Assembly (NCBI GenBank): GCA_035326505.1 | Contig: DAOLFC010000001.1 | Location: 5,592-69,591, forward strand | Length of the DNA: 64,000 nt | Direction of reading: 5' to 3' | From: Arachnia sp. | GTDB taxonomy: Bacteria; Actinomycetota; Actinomycetes; Propionibacteriales; Propionibacteriaceae | Shown: piece after piece, positions 8,765 through 17,377 of the stretch | Layout: each line of letters opens with the position of its first letter | Position numbering within the stretch: position 1 is the stretch's first letter | The notes under the pieces: generated by a model | Database searches by the model: none | Seen by the model: the letters and a program-made list of their open reading frames with translations, nothing else | Told to the model about the DNA's origin: nothing | Position numbers and translations under genes: made by a program

Positions 8765-8814
8765 CTTAGCCGTTCGCTCTTCCACCGACTTCGGTGGAAG
8801 AGCGAACTCCTAGC
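8765..8814. repeat. 50-nt palindromic intergenic repeat, family 1, copy A
   Basis: cttagccgttcgctcttccaccgacttcggtggaagagcgaactcctagc; near-identical copies at 18128-18177 and 44262-44311. Confidence 0.75.
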
Positions 8815-8849
8815 CCGACCCGGTTCGCCGCAGCCGGTGCCTCGTCGAT

Positions 8850-8896
8850 CAGTGCTTCCCTAAAGCAGTGCTTCCTAGAACAGTGCTTCCCTAGAA
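8850..8896 (+). repeat. triple tandem direct repeat CAGTGCTTCC(C)TA(A/G)A(A/G) overlapping the promoter of the DUF2264 gene
   Basis: cagtgcttccctaaag / cagtgcttcctagaa / cagtgcttccctagaa back to back; the third unit runs into TAGAAT (8892-8897), 30 nt before ATG 8928. Confidence 0.8.
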
Positions 8897-8927
8897 TCAT
8901 CGCAACGCCGACCGCGAGGAGCAGCCG

Positions 8928-10808
8928 ATGCCCACCGTTCCCACCGACCCCACCCCCGACGCCGCAACCGGACGGGAGGAGCTGCGCGATCTCGCGCGTC
9001 GGCTGCTGCGGCGCGCCCTCGACTTCGGGTCGCCCGGGCACGCTCGCATCGACCTCCCCGGAACCGACAGCGCCTACGGCAGCGACGTCGGCGGGCTCGA
9101 GGGCTTCGCGCGCACCTTCGTCCTGGCTGCGGCGCTCGTCGCGGGCGACCGCGGGCACGACCCGGACGGCTTCCTCGCGTGGTACGGGGAGGGGCTCGCC
9201 GCGGGCACCGACCCCGCGTCGGACGAGCGCTGGGTGAGCATGCGCGACCACAGCCAGCCGAAGGTCGAGGCCGCCTCGCTGGCGGTGGGCCTCCATCTGA
9301 CCAGGCCCTGGCTGTGGGACCGGATGGACGACGCGGTGCGCGGCCGGGTCATGGCCTATCTGGAGGAGTGGATCGGCAGCGAGTACCCGCCGTGCAACTG
9401 GGTGTGGTTCCGGATCCTCACCGAACAGTTCCTGCTGAACGCCGGGTCGGCCCGGGCGGCCGAGATCGAACGCGACCTCGACCTGGACCTCGACTACGTC
9501 GAGTCCCTGTACCGCGCCGACGGCTGGTACTCCGACGGGGCAGGGCGTCATTTCGACCACTATGCGGGCTGGGTGATGCAGGTCTATCCGACGCTGTGGC
9601 TGCTCATGGCGGGCGACTCGCCCCGAGCGGCGCGATGGGCCCCGCTGTTCCGCGAGCGCCTTTCGCGCTACCTGGAAGATGCCGTCCACCTGGTGGGAGC
9701 GGACGGGGCGCCGCTGTTCCAGGGGCGCAGCCTGATCTACCGCTTCGCCGCCGCGGCCCCGCTGTGGGCGGGCGTGCTCGCGGGATGCGGCGAGGCGGGG
9801 CAGCTCCGGGAGGGCGCGCGCCGGATCGTCGCGCACTTCCTGGACCACGGCGCGGTGACCGACGACGACCGCCTCACCCTCGGATGGTTCGGGCCCTGGC
9901 CGGCCATGGCGCAGCACTACTCGGGACCCGGATCGGTCTACTGGGCGTCGAAGGGGCTGCTCGGGCTCGCCCTGCCCGAGGACTCCCCGGCCTGGCAGGC
10001 CCCCGCCGTCGCCCTGCCCATCGATGGCGCCGACAGCATCCGGGCGATCGAGAGCCCCGGCTGGATCGTCTCCGGCACCGCGCGCGACGGCATCGTCCGG
10101 GTGTTCAACCTGGGAACCGATCACGCGGCGGCCGGTGAGTTCCGCAGCGACGACCCCCTGTATGCGCGGGTCGGCTACTCCACGGCGACGGCCCCGGTGC
10201 TGGCGCCCCCGGACGCCGGGCCGGTGGACAACGCCATCGTGCTCCTCGATGAGAACGGCCTCCCCTCGCACCGCACCGGCTTCGAGGACTTCCGCGTCGC
10301 GGTGGACGACGGCACGGGGATCGGGGCCTGGACCGGAGAGGCCCACTGGCCGGCCTCGGGGGAGCGGGTCTCGATCGACGCCGTCGTGATCGTCCGGGGG
10401 AGCCAGGAGCTGCGCCTGGTGCGCGCCGCAGCGCCCCGTCGGGCCGCCATCCTCGGATGGCCGGTGACCGCCGACGCTCCGCCGTCGGAGTTGCTCGGCG
10501 ACGGGAGCGTCGCCGTCGCTTCCCTGCGGCTCCGCTCGACCCTCGCCTCCCTCGGCGACGCCTTGGCGAACGCCCGGGTCTCCCGGTACGCCGACGCGAC
10601 GCCCCTCGGTTCCTGCACCGCGGTGCCGGAGCTGCTCTCCGACGGCGAGCTGACGCCGGGGCGCTGGTGGGGTGCTCACGTCGAGCTCGCGGGCGCGGAC
10701 GTCGCGCCGTCGGTTCCTCCCCATGCGGAGCTGAGCGGCTCGCGGCTCCGGATCGGCTGGCGCGACGGGGTGGACCAGGAGATCGACCTGGACGAGATCG
10801 TCGCCTAG
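8928..10808 (+). CDS. DUF2264 domain-containing protein (possible glycoside hydrolase)
   Basis: 626 aa; GAGGAG RBS; family-typical segments YGSDVGGLEGFARTF and PPCNWVWFRIL. Confidence 0.7.
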   Translation: MPTVPTDPTPDAATGREELRDLARRLLRRALDFGSPGHARIDLPGTDSAYGSDVGGLEGFARTFVLAAALVAGDRGHDPDGFLAWYGEGLAAGTDPASDERWVSMRDHSQPKVEAASLAVGLHLTRPWLWDRMDDAVRGRVMAYLEEWIGSEYPPCNWVWFRILTEQFLLNAGSARAAEIERDLDLDLDYVESLYRADGWYSDGAGRHFDHYAGWVMQVYPTLWLLMAGDSPRAARWAPLFRERLSRYLEDAVHLVGADGAPLFQGRSLIYRFAAAAPLWAGVLAGCGEAGQLREGARRIVAHFLDHGAVTDDDRLTLGWFGPWPAMAQHYSGPGSVYWASKGLLGLALPEDSPAWQAPAVALPIDGADSIRAIESPGWIVSGTARDGIVRVFNLGTDHAAAGEFRSDDPLYARVGYSTATAPVLAPPDAGPVDNAIVLLDENGLPSHRTGFEDFRVAVDDGTGIGAWTGEAHWPASGERVSIDAVVIVRGSQELRLVRAAAPRRAAILGWPVTADAPPSELLGDGSVAVASLRLRSTLASLGDALANARVSRYADATPLGSCTAVPELLSDGELTPGRWWGAHVELAGADVAPSVPPHAELSGSRLRIGWRDGVDQEIDLDEIVA

Positions 10809-10938
10809 GTCGCAGGGTGTGAGGGGTGGCAGCCGCGGTGTGCGGCGCCACTCCTGGCGCTCGTTCACCGTGTCCTGGGGTGGGAGCGGGCCGTTCTCCG
10901 CAGCTTCCAGATTGTTATTGATTCGTTACGAAAACGCT

Positions 10939-10981
10939 TTGCATCCAGGGCTTGTATCGTTATATTGTCCTTGTATCGTTA
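10939..10981 (+). promoter_or_regulatory. candidate promoter (-35 TTGCAT, 16-nt spacer, -10 TATATT) with two direct copies of CTTGTATCGTTA (LacI-type half-operators)
   Basis: TTGCAT 10939-10944; TATATT 10961-10966; repeats at 10951-10962 and 10970-10981, in an AT-rich patch upstream of SBP gene 11157. Confidence 0.4.
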
Positions 10982-11156
10982 GAAAGCAGGGTCGCTTCGG
11001 GAGATTCAGAGGAGAACCGGGCAAGGGTCCAGGGGGACCATCAAGGCATCCGTCGTCGGAGGCTGCCGCATCAGCGGCGCCTTTCCGGGCAGCTGCTCGC
11101 TCATCCGGTTCTCGTCTCTCTCTGAGGGTCCCACCATCAGTGAGGAGAACATAACG

Positions 11157-12500
11157 ATGACTTACCCGCGTGGTGTGAAGAGGACCGCGGCCGGTGCCGC
11201 GGGCCTGTCCGTGGCCGTTCTGCTGACGGCCTGCTCCAACGCCGCCCCCGATGCACCCGGTGAAACCGGAACGGCTGGCGACGAGAAGATCACCGTCCAG
11301 CTCGCCCACTGGGGCGGCGACTGGAACGAGAACGAGGTGTACAAGCCTCGCATCGAGGCCTTCATGGCCGAGCATCCCAACATCATCGTCGAGCCTCTGC
11401 CGGTCGCGGAGGAGTACGAGACCAAGATGACCACTCTCATCAACGCCGGCCAGGCGCCCACCCTGATGCAGGTGGCGGAGAACGGGACCCGGTGGGCGGG
11501 GGCGTTCCGCGACCTCACCACCCAGATCGAGGCCGAGGGCTGGGACCTGGCGGAGCGCTTCGGCGGCGCCGCCGAGCTCTACAACGATGGCAACATCCAG
11601 TTCGCGGTGCCGGACCGTGGCGGCTCCACCGTCCTCTACTTCAACAAGGACCTGTTCGAGGAGGCCGGCCTCCCGCTGCCCGACGAGAACTTCACCGTCG
11701 ACGACTACTACAACGCCCTGGAGAAGATCACCGCCCTCAGCGGCACGATCGACGTGGACGGCGACGGCCAGGGCGATCCCATCTGGGGCGGCACCGGCAC
11801 CCACTACCAGGCGGCCTGGGGCGCGTTCCTGCTGGGCAACGGCGGCAGCATCATCGAGTTCGACGCCGAGGGCGAGCCCGTCGTCACGGTCAACAGCCCG
11901 CAGAACGCGGAGGTCTTCGATCGCTGGGTCGGCGCCTATGCCAACGACTGGATCCTGCCCTACGAGAACACCGTGGAGAAGGGCGGCGACGCCTGGTTCC
12001 AGAGCGGCAACGTGGGCATGAACATGACGGGCTTCTGGGTTGTCAAGGGCTACGCCGAGACCGAGGGCCTCAACTGGGACATGTCGACCATCCCGCTCGG
12101 CGAGGTCGAGTCCGGCTGGCCGATGGGCTCCGGCTTCGCGATTTCCGCGCAGGCCTCGGACGAGGAGGCCGCCGCCGCGTGGGAGGTCGCCAAGTACCTC
12201 TCCGGCGATGAGGGTCAGGCCTACCTGGCGGAGACCCTCGCCGATGCCCCCGCGAGCCTCGAGGCCCTGACCAACCTGCAGTACGAGACCGTCGACGGCA
12301 ACCCCGTCAGCGTGGACCGCTTCGCGATCGTGCAGCAGCGCCTCACCACGATCGACGGCTACGTCCGCGGCCCGTGGTACTCCGAGGTGAACAACGAGTC
12401 GCGCACCCAGGTGCGCAACGCCGTCGAGGGTGCCATCACGGTGCCCGAACTCCTCGAGAACCTCGAGGAGAACCTGACCAAGATCGTCGCCCGTTACTGA
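11157..12500 (+). CDS. sugar ABC transporter substrate-binding lipoprotein
   Basis: 447 aa; GAGGAG RBS; signal plus lipobox AVLLTAC; family-1 solute-binding features. Confidence 0.85.
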   Translation: MTYPRGVKRTAAGAAGLSVAVLLTACSNAAPDAPGETGTAGDEKITVQLAHWGGDWNENEVYKPRIEAFMAEHPNIIVEPLPVAEEYETKMTTLINAGQAPTLMQVAENGTRWAGAFRDLTTQIEAEGWDLAERFGGAAELYNDGNIQFAVPDRGGSTVLYFNKDLFEEAGLPLPDENFTVDDYYNALEKITALSGTIDVDGDGQGDPIWGGTGTHYQAAWGAFLLGNGGSIIEFDAEGEPVVTVNSPQNAEVFDRWVGAYANDWILPYENTVEKGGDAWFQSGNVGMNMTGFWVVKGYAETEGLNWDMSTIPLGEVESGWPMGSGFAISAQASDEEAAAAWEVAKYLSGDEGQAYLAETLADAPASLEALTNLQYETVDGNPVSVDRFAIVQQRLTTIDGYVRGPWYSEVNNESRTQVRNAVEGAITVPELLENLEENLTKIVARY

Positions 12501-12509
12501 TCGCACGAT

Positions 12510-12535
12510 GCGGGGCCCGCGCTCCCGGGCCCCGC
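12510..12535 (+). terminator. GC hairpin after the SBP gene (attenuator/mRNA stabiliser)
   Basis: gcggggccc gcgctcc(c) gggccccgc, 10 nt after the stop; no T-run. Confidence 0.35.
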
Positions 12536-12641
12536 ACCCTTCCTGGGAGGGGCCTCCGCGGTCCCTCCCGGTTCCGGGCCTCCGCGGACATCGCAGAACC
12601 GCAGTCGCCCCTCCTCTCCCTTCCACCGATCGGAGCCAACG

Positions 12642-13640
12642 TTGTCAACGACGATTCCCCGGCAGGCGCCCCCTCAGGCCGTCGAGGCGGCGGCCCACGT
12701 CGCCGGCCGGCGCACGCCGCAGCGCCTCAGCAAGCGCGCCCGCCACCAGCGCTTGTGGTTCTTCATCTTCATCTCGCCGTGGTTGGCCGGCTTCCTGATC
12801 TTCACGATCGGGCCCATGATCTACTCCTTCGTCATGAGCTTCACGAACTGGAGCTTCGTGAACCCCGGTGTGGAATGGGTGGGGCTCGACAACTACCGCA
12901 ACATCCTCGTCATCGCCAAGGACACCGAGGGAGCCCGCTTCTACCGGACCCTGCTCAACACCCTGCAATACGGCATGGTGATGGTGCCGATCAACCTGTT
13001 CCTGTCGTTGATCCTCGCCTACCTGCTGAGCTTCAAGGTCAAGGGTCAGCAGTTCTTCCGTACCGTGTACTACCTGCCCGCCATCGTGCCGGTGGTGGCC
13101 AGCGTCGTCCTCTTCCAACGGATGCTGGCCAAGAACGGCCTGATCAACGACGTGCTGGCGCTGGTGGGAATCGACGGGCCGAGCTGGCTCACCGATCAGG
13201 ACTACGTCGTCCACGCGTTCGTGATCATGGCCCTGTGGGGCATCGGCGCGAACATGATCCTGCTCCTGTCGGCCATCAACGGCATCGGCCCCGAGATGTA
13301 CGAGTCGGCGACCCTCGACGGCGCCAACCGGATTCAGATGTTCTGGGCGATCACGATCCCGCAGATCACTCCGATCATCTTCTTCAACCTGATCACCGGC
13401 ATCATCGGCTCGCTGCAGGTGTTCACCCAGGTCTATATGGTGACCGCCGACTTCGGCGGCTACTTCCCCGACGGAAGCTCGATGGTGGTTCCGCTGCTGT
13501 TCAACGAGGCGTTCCGCTACGGCCGCGCGGGCTCCGCGTCGGCGATGGCCTGGGTGCTGTTCGCCCTGGTTCTCCTGCTGGCCCTGCTGATCTTCAAGTC
13601 CTCGAAGTCCTGGGTGTTCTACGAAGAGGATGTGGACTGA
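12642..13640 (+). CDS. sugar ABC transporter permease (MalF/UgpA type)
   Basis: 332 aa; TTG start per track; multi-TM; EAA-like loop ESATLDGANRIQMFWAITIPQI. Confidence 0.85.
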   Translation: MSTTIPRQAPPQAVEAAAHVAGRRTPQRLSKRARHQRLWFFIFISPWLAGFLIFTIGPMIYSFVMSFTNWSFVNPGVEWVGLDNYRNILVIAKDTEGARFYRTLLNTLQYGMVMVPINLFLSLILAYLLSFKVKGQQFFRTVYYLPAIVPVVASVVLFQRMLAKNGLINDVLALVGIDGPSWLTDQDYVVHAFVIMALWGIGANMILLLSAINGIGPEMYESATLDGANRIQMFWAITIPQITPIIFFNLITGIIGSLQVFTQVYMVTADFGGYFPDGSSMVVPLLFNEAFRYGRAGSASAMAWVLFALVLLLALLIFKSSKSWVFYEEDVD

Positions 13641-14509
13641 TGCTCGATCGAAACCTCAGCCGGCCGCAGAAGGTCGTCATCACGGCGATCCTCTCGATGA
13701 TCGGCGTCGTGATGCTCGCGCCGTTCTCCTACATGATCTCGATCTCGCTGGCCTCGCCGGCCACCAACGCCAAAGAGAACTTCACGCTGATCCCGCGGGA
13801 GTTCTACTGGCAGAACTTCCAGACCCTGTTCATCGACTCGGTGGACAAGGGCCTGCCGGTGGGGCAGTGGTTCCTGAACAGCACCTTCGTCGTCGTGATG
13901 TCGGTCATCGGGCAGGTGTTCTCCAGCTCGCTGGTGGCCTTCGGCTTCGCCAAGATGCGCTACCGCCACAAGAGCAAGCTCTTTCTCGTGCTCCTCGCGA
14001 CGATGATGCTGCCGGCCCAGATGACGATGCTGCCCGTGTTCCTCCTGTGGACCAAGCTCGGCTTCTTCAACACCTTGTGGCCGCTCATCATCCCGGCCTT
14101 CTTCGGCTCCGCGTTCAACATCTTCTTCACGCGGCAGTTCATCACGGCGCTGCCCGGCTCGCTCTACGAGGCGGCGGAGCTCGACGGCCTGAACCCGTTC
14201 CAGATCTACTACCGCATCGTCCTGCCGCTCCTGGTGCCCGCGCTCACCGCGATCGCGATCTTCACCTTCTCCTACGCGTGGGAGGACTTCATGGGGCCGC
14301 TGATCTACATCAACGATCCGAACAAGCAGACCCTGGCCTACGGCATCAGGCTGATGTCGGCCGCGTCGAATCCCGAGGAGGCGGTGAACCTCGCGGTCGT
14401 GATGTGCCTGGCCATGGCGCTGTCCATCCCGCAGGGGATCGTGTTCATCCTCGGCCAGAAGAACCTCTTCAACCTCAACCTCGGCGTCGGCAACTCCGGG
14501 TCCAAGTAG
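13640..14509 (+). CDS. sugar ABC transporter permease (MalG/UgpE type)
   Basis: 289 aa from ATG 13640, overlapping the upstream stop (ATGA); EAAELDGLNPFQIYYRIVLPL. Confidence 0.85.
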   Translation: MLDRNLSRPQKVVITAILSMIGVVMLAPFSYMISISLASPATNAKENFTLIPREFYWQNFQTLFIDSVDKGLPVGQWFLNSTFVVVMSVIGQVFSSSLVAFGFAKMRYRHKSKLFLVLLATMMLPAQMTMLPVFLLWTKLGFFNTLWPLIIPAFFGSAFNIFFTRQFITALPGSLYEAAELDGLNPFQIYYRIVLPLLVPALTAIAIFTFSYAWEDFMGPLIYINDPNKQTLAYGIRLMSAASNPEEAVNLAVVMCLAMALSIPQGIVFILGQKNLFNLNLGVGNSGSK

Positions 14510-14516
14510 GCGTGCG

Positions 14517-15224
14517 ATGAGCAACGAACAGCGGTTCTACGACCAGGTCCACCGGCTCGCGGCCGTGGGATACGCCTGGTGGCTGATCAAGCTCAACCTC
14601 TTCGTGCTGGGCGCGGCGCTTCCTCTTATGGCGTGCATCCTGCTGCTGGATCACAGCGTGGTCTCGATGAGCGCGGCGGTCGTCTCCGGCCTCCTCCTCG
14701 GGCCGGCGGTGTTCGTCATGCTGACGCAGATCCTTCACCTGGACCGGCACGACGGCGTGCGCCTGCGCGACTGCATGCGCGCCTACCGGTCCTCGTTCTG
14801 GAGGGTGCAGCCGGTGACCGCGCCGGCGTGGGGCGTCGTGTTCGTCGCCCTCGGCAACCTCCGGCTGGTCGGCGAGGGGGCGCTGGGTACCGGCGTGGGC
14901 TGGGCGTCTCTCGCCGTGCTCTACCTGGCGCTCACCCTGGCGGTCAACACGCTGATCCTGATGGCCGCGTGGCCGCACCTCGGCGCCGGTCAGGCCCTGG
15001 GGCTGAGCGCGAAGCTGGCGATCGTGAAGGCGCTGCGGTTCCAGCTCACGCTGCTGGTGATCGTCGGCACCCAGGTGCTGCTCTCGGTCTTCGGCAGCTG
15101 GACGCTGCTGCTGGCCTTCGCGCTCCCCGGGTGGCTGGCGGTGGTCAACTTCCGTCCGGTCATCGCCTACGTCGAACAGCGCCAGGTCGACGAGCTGTCC
15201 TGCTCGCCCTACATGCAGGTCTGA
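14517..15224 (+). CDS. DUF624/YesL-family integral membrane protein
   Basis: 235 aa; hydrophobic, N-terminus ...YAWWLIKLNLFVLGAALPLMACILLL similar in layout to 167..799. Confidence 0.65.
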   Translation: MSNEQRFYDQVHRLAAVGYAWWLIKLNLFVLGAALPLMACILLLDHSVVSMSAAVVSGLLLGPAVFVMLTQILHLDRHDGVRLRDCMRAYRSSFWRVQPVTAPAWGVVFVALGNLRLVGEGALGTGVGWASLAVLYLALTLAVNTLILMAAWPHLGAGQALGLSAKLAIVKALRFQLTLLVIVGTQVLLSVFGSWTLLLAFALPGWLAVVNFRPVIAYVEQRQVDELSCSPYMQV

Positions 15225-15360
15225 CGCCCGTTCGCCCGCTCGATCTTGGGGGTGCGTGCCAAGATATGGGTGTCCTGGACTGCGTGCGCGGTGTCGTCGC
15301 AGGTGCCCCCGTGAGCGGCGCGTTCTCGGGGTCTCGGATCCATAAGGAGGAGGGAAGCGC

Positions 15361-16368
15361 ATGGTCACCATGCAGGATGTCGCCCGTCATGCGGGCGTGT
15401 CGGTCATGACCGTCTCCAACGTGGTCAACGATCACCCGCATGTGAGGAAGACCACCAGGGAGAAGGTGGTGGCGTCCATCGAGGAGCTCGGATACCGGGT
15501 GAACACGACGGCCCGTAGCCTCCGGCAGGGGCGAACCGGCGTCATCGGGCTCGCGTTGCCGGAGATCGACCGGCCCTACTTCGGCCTGCTGAGCGCGCTG
15601 CTCATCGAACGGGCCAGGCAATACGACTACGACATCGTGGTCGAGCAGACCGGGGCGCGCCGCGAGAACGAGATGGACGCCATCCTGCACTCCCGGTTGC
15701 GCAGCTACGACGGCCTGCTCCTGCACGCCTCGCAGCTCGCGCAGGAGGATGCGGCGCTCCTGCGCGGCGACTTCCCCATCGTGGTGCTGGGCGAGCGCGC
15801 CTATTCCGCTCCGGTCGATCACGTCGTCATGGACAACGAGCAGGGGGCGACCCTCGCCGCCCGGCACCTCATCGATCGGGGGTGTACGAGGATCGCGATG
15901 ATCGGCGGGCGCCCGTGGTCCCCCGGCGACGTCGATGTCGCCACCATGCGCACCAAGGGCTTCGTCGCCGAGATCGAGGCGGCGGGCCTTGAGCTGGGGC
16001 CGGGGCAGGTCCAGCCAACCCGCTACAACCTGGCCGACTCGCGGGATGCGGTGGGTCGCCTGCTGAAGGAGGTCGGCGCCGTCGACGGCATCTTCTGCGC
16101 CACCGACTGGGTGGCGTTCGGGGTGCTGCGCGGGCTGGCCGACGCCGGTCTGCGCGTGCCCGAGGATGTGCGCATCGTCGGGTTCGACGACGTCCCGCAG
16201 GCCGCGTTCTCGACGCCCTCGCTCAGCTCGATCGCGCCCGATCACGAAGCCATGGCGGACGCGGCCCTGAAGCTGCTCGTCGGGCGGATCGCCGGGGAGC
16301 GGCCCAGGGACGACTTCCGAGAGGTGTTCGGCGCCGTGAGACTCATCCCCCGCGAGTCGTCCGCGTAA
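15361..16368 (+). CDS. LacI-family transcriptional regulator (paralogue of 3230..4237)
   Basis: 335 aa; AGGAGG RBS; shares the N-terminal 23 residues and long internal runs with 3230..4237. Confidence 0.9.
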   Translation: MVTMQDVARHAGVSVMTVSNVVNDHPHVRKTTREKVVASIEELGYRVNTTARSLRQGRTGVIGLALPEIDRPYFGLLSALLIERARQYDYDIVVEQTGARRENEMDAILHSRLRSYDGLLLHASQLAQEDAALLRGDFPIVVLGERAYSAPVDHVVMDNEQGATLAARHLIDRGCTRIAMIGGRPWSPGDVDVATMRTKGFVAEIEAAGLELGPGQVQPTRYNLADSRDAVGRLLKEVGAVDGIFCATDWVAFGVLRGLADAGLRVPEDVRIVGFDDVPQAAFSTPSLSSIAPDHEAMADAALKLLVGRIAGERPRDDFREVFGAVRLIPRESSA

Positions 16369-16377
16369 GGCCGCCGG

Positions 16378-17367
16378 CTACGCGCTGCCGCGCCAGAGCG
16401 GGCGCGGCGTGATGGACAGGTGTTCGGAGGGGCCGGCCGTGCCGTCGAAGATCCGATCGATGAGCCCGATGAGGGCCTCGGCCAGCTCGCTGCCGAGGAT
16501 CGCGAGCGTCGAGAGCGCGGGGAAGGTCACGGCGCCGAGCGAGAGGCCGTCGACGCCGACGATGCGCACGTCCTCGGGCACCCGAAGGCCGTCCTCGTGG
16601 GCCGCGACGAGGGCCCCCATCGCCATCAGGTCGCTGAAGGCGATGACGGTGTCGGTCTCGGGGAACTCGGCCCTCAGGCGGCGGAGGCCGGAGATGCCGG
16701 CGTCGACCGACTGGTAGTCGGCCTCGCAGACGACGACGGCATCGCGGGACGCGGCGTCGACATATCGCTCGTAGGCCTGGCGGCGCGGCGACGGGCGATA
16801 CGGCGTGCCCCGCAGCCGGCTCTCCAGCAGGCCGAACCTCTGGGAGCCGCGTTCCCGCAGCCCGGCGAGCAGGTCGGCGATGCCGCGGTCGAAGTCGATC
16901 GCCACCGAATGGATACCGGGATGCGGGGGAGGATCGCCGATCAGGACGACGGGGACGCCGTGCGTCGCGGCGGCCAGTTCCGCAGGGCTGCCCCCCACGT
17001 AGCCGACGATGACGTCGACCTCCCCGGCCAGGCGGCGGGGCAGCTCCAGGGGTGGGGAGGCCTCGTGCGACGAGACGGTGACCTGCCAGCCGCGCTCGGC
17101 CGCCAGGTTTAGCAGCTCGGCCGTCAGCTCGGTGTAGTAGGGGTTGCGGAAGGACTCGACGACGAACCCGATCGCCTTGGTCTTGGCGTTGCGGGCAAGG
17201 TTCTTCGCGAACCGGCTGGGCTGGTAGCCGAGGCGGCGGCTGGCGTCGAGCACCTTGGCGCGGGTCGTCTCGCTGATGCGCGGCATCCCGTTCATGGCGC
17301 GAGTCACCGTCTGCCGGGAGACGCCGACTTCTGCGGCGATGTCGTCGATCGTTACGCGTTTCTTCAT
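16378..17367 (-). CDS. LacI-family transcriptional regulator
   Basis: 329 aa from ATG 17367 (MKKRVTIDDIAAEVGVSRQTVTRAMNG); the track ORF extends to 17508 by read-through. Confidence 0.85.
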   Translation of the reverse strand: MKKRVTIDDIAAEVGVSRQTVTRAMNGMPRISETTRAKVLDASRRLGYQPSRFAKNLARNAKTKAIGFVVESFRNPYYTELTAELLNLAAERGWQVTVSSHEASPPLELPRRLAGEVDVIVGYVGGSPAELAAATHGVPVVLIGDPPPHPGIHSVAIDFDRGIADLLAGLRERGSQRFGLLESRLRGTPYRPSPRRQAYERYVDAASRDAVVVCEADYQSVDAGISGLRRLRAEFPETDTVIAFSDLMAMGALVAAHEDGLRVPEDVRIVGVDGLSLGAVTFPALSTLAILGSELAEALIGLIDRIFDGTAGPSEHLSITPRPLWRGSA

Positions 17368-17377
17368 CACGGTCACC

